Assembly: GCA_043749385.1 (NCBI GenBank)
Contig: JAYVDN010000214.1
Coordinates: forward strand, 1 to 29,819
DNA: 29,819 nt
Source: Polaromonas sp.
Lineage (GTDB): Bacteria; Pseudomonadota; Gammaproteobacteria; Burkholderiales; Burkholderiaceae_C
Direction of reading: 5' to 3'
Shown: piece by piece, positions 28,072 to 29,819 of the stretch
How positions within the stretch are numbered: the first letter of the stretch is position 1
Layout: each line of letters starts with the position of its first letter
The notes under the pieces: model-generated
Database searches by the model: none
What the model was told of the DNA's origin: nothing
Seen by the model: only the letters and a program-made list of their open reading frames with translations
Translations under genes and position numbers: made by a program

Positions 28072-29208
28072 ATGAAACCACAGGCTTTGGACACCACCCT
28101 GCAGAGCGCACGGCGCATCGTCGTCAAAGTAGGCTCCAGCCTGGTCACCAACGAGGGGCGAGGTCTGGATGAAGCTGCTATTGGGCTGTGGTGCGCGCAA
28201 CTCGCCGCGCTGGCGGCAGACAAGCGTGAGGTAGTTATGGTCTCCAGCGGGGCGATCGCCGAGGGCATGAAGCGCCTGGGCTGGGCAGCGCGGCCCCACG
28301 CCATCCATGAGCTGCAAGCCGCCGCTGCGGTAGGCCAAATGGGCCTGGCGCAGATGTACGAGACCAAGCTGCGCGAGCACGGCCTGCGCAGCGCCCAGGT
28401 ACTGCTCACCCATGCCGACCTGGCCGATCGTGAGCGTTACCTCAACGCCCGCTCCGCCTTGCTCACCCTGTTGCAGCACGGCGTGGTGCCCGTCATCAAC
28501 GAAAACGACACCGTGGTGACCGATGAGATCAAGTTTGGCGACAACGATACTTTGGGCGCGCTCGTGGCCAACTTGGTGGAGGCCGACGCCTATGTGATTT
28601 TGACCGACCAAAAAGGCCTGTTCACTGCCGATCCGCGCAAAGACCCCGAAGCCCAATTTGTCGCGGTGGCCAAAGCGGGTGATCCTGAGCTGGAGAAGAT
28701 GGCCGGCGGCGCTGGCTCCTCCATTGGCAAAGGCGGCATGATCACCAAAATTCTTGCTGCCAAACGCGCAGCCGGCTCGGGTGCTAGTACTGTGATAGCG
28801 TGGGGACGCGAGCCGGATGCGCTGATTCGCCTGACCCAAGGTGAAGCCATTGGCACCCTACTGGTGGCGCAAACGGCTAAAAACCAGGCCCGCAAGCAGT
28901 GGATGGTGGACCATTTGCAGCTTGCCGGTGGCGTGCTGGTAGACAACGGCGCGGCGGCACGCCTGCGTGAAGGCAAGGCCAGCTTGCTGCCGATTGGCAT
29001 GGTCGGCGTGACGGGCGAGTTTTCTCGCGGCGACGTCATCGCCATCATCGACGCGCAAGGCCAGGAGATTGCGCGCGGCCTGGCCAACTACGCCAGCGCC
29101 GAGGCACGGTTGATTTGCCGCAAAGCTACTACAGAGTTTGAGGCGCTGCTGGGTTATATTGGTGAACCAGAGATGGTGCACAAAAATAATTTGGTGCTTA
29201 AAAAATAA
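28072..29208 (+). CDS. proB: Glutamate 5-kinase with PUA domain
   Basis: [41 protein letters not shown]-terminal PUA domain. Confidence 0.96.
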   Translation: MKPQALDTTLQSARRIVVKVGSSLVTNEGRGLDEAAIGLWCAQLAALAADKREVVMVSSGAIAEGMKRLGWAARPHAIHELQAAAAVGQMGLAQMYETKLREHGLRSAQVLLTHADLADRERYLNARSALLTLLQHGVVPVINENDTVVTDEIKFGDNDTLGALVANLVEADAYVILTDQKGLFTADPRKDPEAQFVAVAKAGDPELEKMAGGAGSSIGKGGMITKILAAKRAAGSGASTVIAWGREPDALIRLTQGEAIGTLLVAQTAKNQARKQWMVDHLQLAGGVLVDNGAAARLREGKASLLPIGMVGVTGEFSRGDVIAIIDAQGQEIARGLANYASAEARLICRKATTEFEALLGYIGEPEMVHKNNLVLKK

Positions 29209-29218
29209 TGTTATTTAG

Positions 29219-29266
29219 CCCGCTAGGTCACTAGAATATCGCGGGAGCAGCTATTGAATAGATAGT
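29219..29266 (-). repeat. 48-bp dispersed repeat, copy i
   Basis: actatctattcaatagc tgctcccgcgatattct agt gacctagcggg; 10 nt after the proB stop. Confidence 0.85.
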
Positions 29267-29363
29267 AATAACGCACCGCGCAATAGCCTCGATGGGGCTG
29301 CAAAAAGCAGTCAACTCCACAAAATACCCGTCCAAATCGGTACCCGGAAGGCATACGTAGGCG

Positions 29364-29819
29364 CTATTTCATAGGGCTTTTCTGCCTCACTTTTTGCACC
29401 ACGTCGCGCACAGTTTGCGCGGGTGCACGGCCATTGCACAGGCCTTGTTCCGCTAGTCGCAAGGCGTGCGGGGAGGGCTGGTTGCGCAGTGGCAGCCACT
29501 GCGGATCGCTGGCCGGACGCCAGCCGCTGTCGTTGTTGAAGCGGGAGTAGGTCTTCCATTCGCCTGTAGCGCAGCGCACGGCCTCGTACATGGCGTTGGT
29601 GGCACCGCCGGGCGATTGGGCTACTACCACGTAGCGCACGATGCCATCACCCGTGATCTTCATGGTGTCCGGGTCAAAACCCCAATTCAAGGCGCTTCGG
29701 ATGGAGACGTCAAAAGGCACCAGGCGCTTGATGTCAAAAGAGGGTGGTGCGGGGGTCTCAGACTCTTTCCAGTCCGGGTCTTCAGCGGCCCCTTGCGCCA
29801 GCGCTGCGCCGTTGCCGAA
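29364..29819 (-). CDS. CNP1-like family protein (5' end outside window)
   Basis: The frame stays open to the window edge (..DPDWKESETPAPPSFDIKRLVPF); VRYVVVAQSPGGATNAMYEAVRCATGEWKTY and a second Cys in GLC match CNP1-like proteins. Confidence 0.75.
   Translation of the reverse strand, partial: FGNGAALAQGAAEDPDWKESETPAPPSFDIKRLVPFDVSIRSALNWGFDPDTMKITGDGIVRYVVVAQSPGGATNAMYEAVRCATGEWKTYSRFNNDSGWRPASDPQWLPLRNQPSPHALRLAEQGLCNGRAPAQTVRDVVQKVRQKSPMK

Overview
A mostly housekeeping, GC-rich chromosomal window from a Betaproteobacterium. Gene order and protein sequences point to Comamonadaceae (inference). From left to right it contains: an AT-rich TIR-domain gene at the left edge, a HEAT/TPR protein, an atypical SDR, a ferredoxin-NAD(P) reductase, an orphan Bug/TctC binding protein, a 7TM-DISM sensor with a degenerate GGDEF domain, livHMGF, rarA-lolA-ftsK-crp-like/trxB, rpmB-rpmG, pilBCD-coaE-zapD-yacG, ispB, rplU-rpmA-obgE-proB and a truncated CNP1-like gene. 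No rRNA, tRNA, CRISPR array, transposase or integrase is visible. The strongest unexplained signal is a dispersed 48-bp element. Nine copies align without gaps (17-bp GCTAT-N7-ATAGC dyad + TGCTCCCGCGATATTYT + 3 nt + GGGCTRCAGCC-like tail). The copies occur in both orientations, once as an inverted pair, and inside genes, where they encode parts of the LolA and Bug signal peptides and a segment of RarA. Other notable items are the stand-alone TIR gene beside a long imperfect inverted repeat, ribosomal protein L21 fused to a helix-hairpin-helix domain, a probable c-di-GMP effector (intact RxxD, dead GGDEF), and an unannotated 28-aa ORF inside the liv operon. All counts and alignments were done by eye; no database searches were run.
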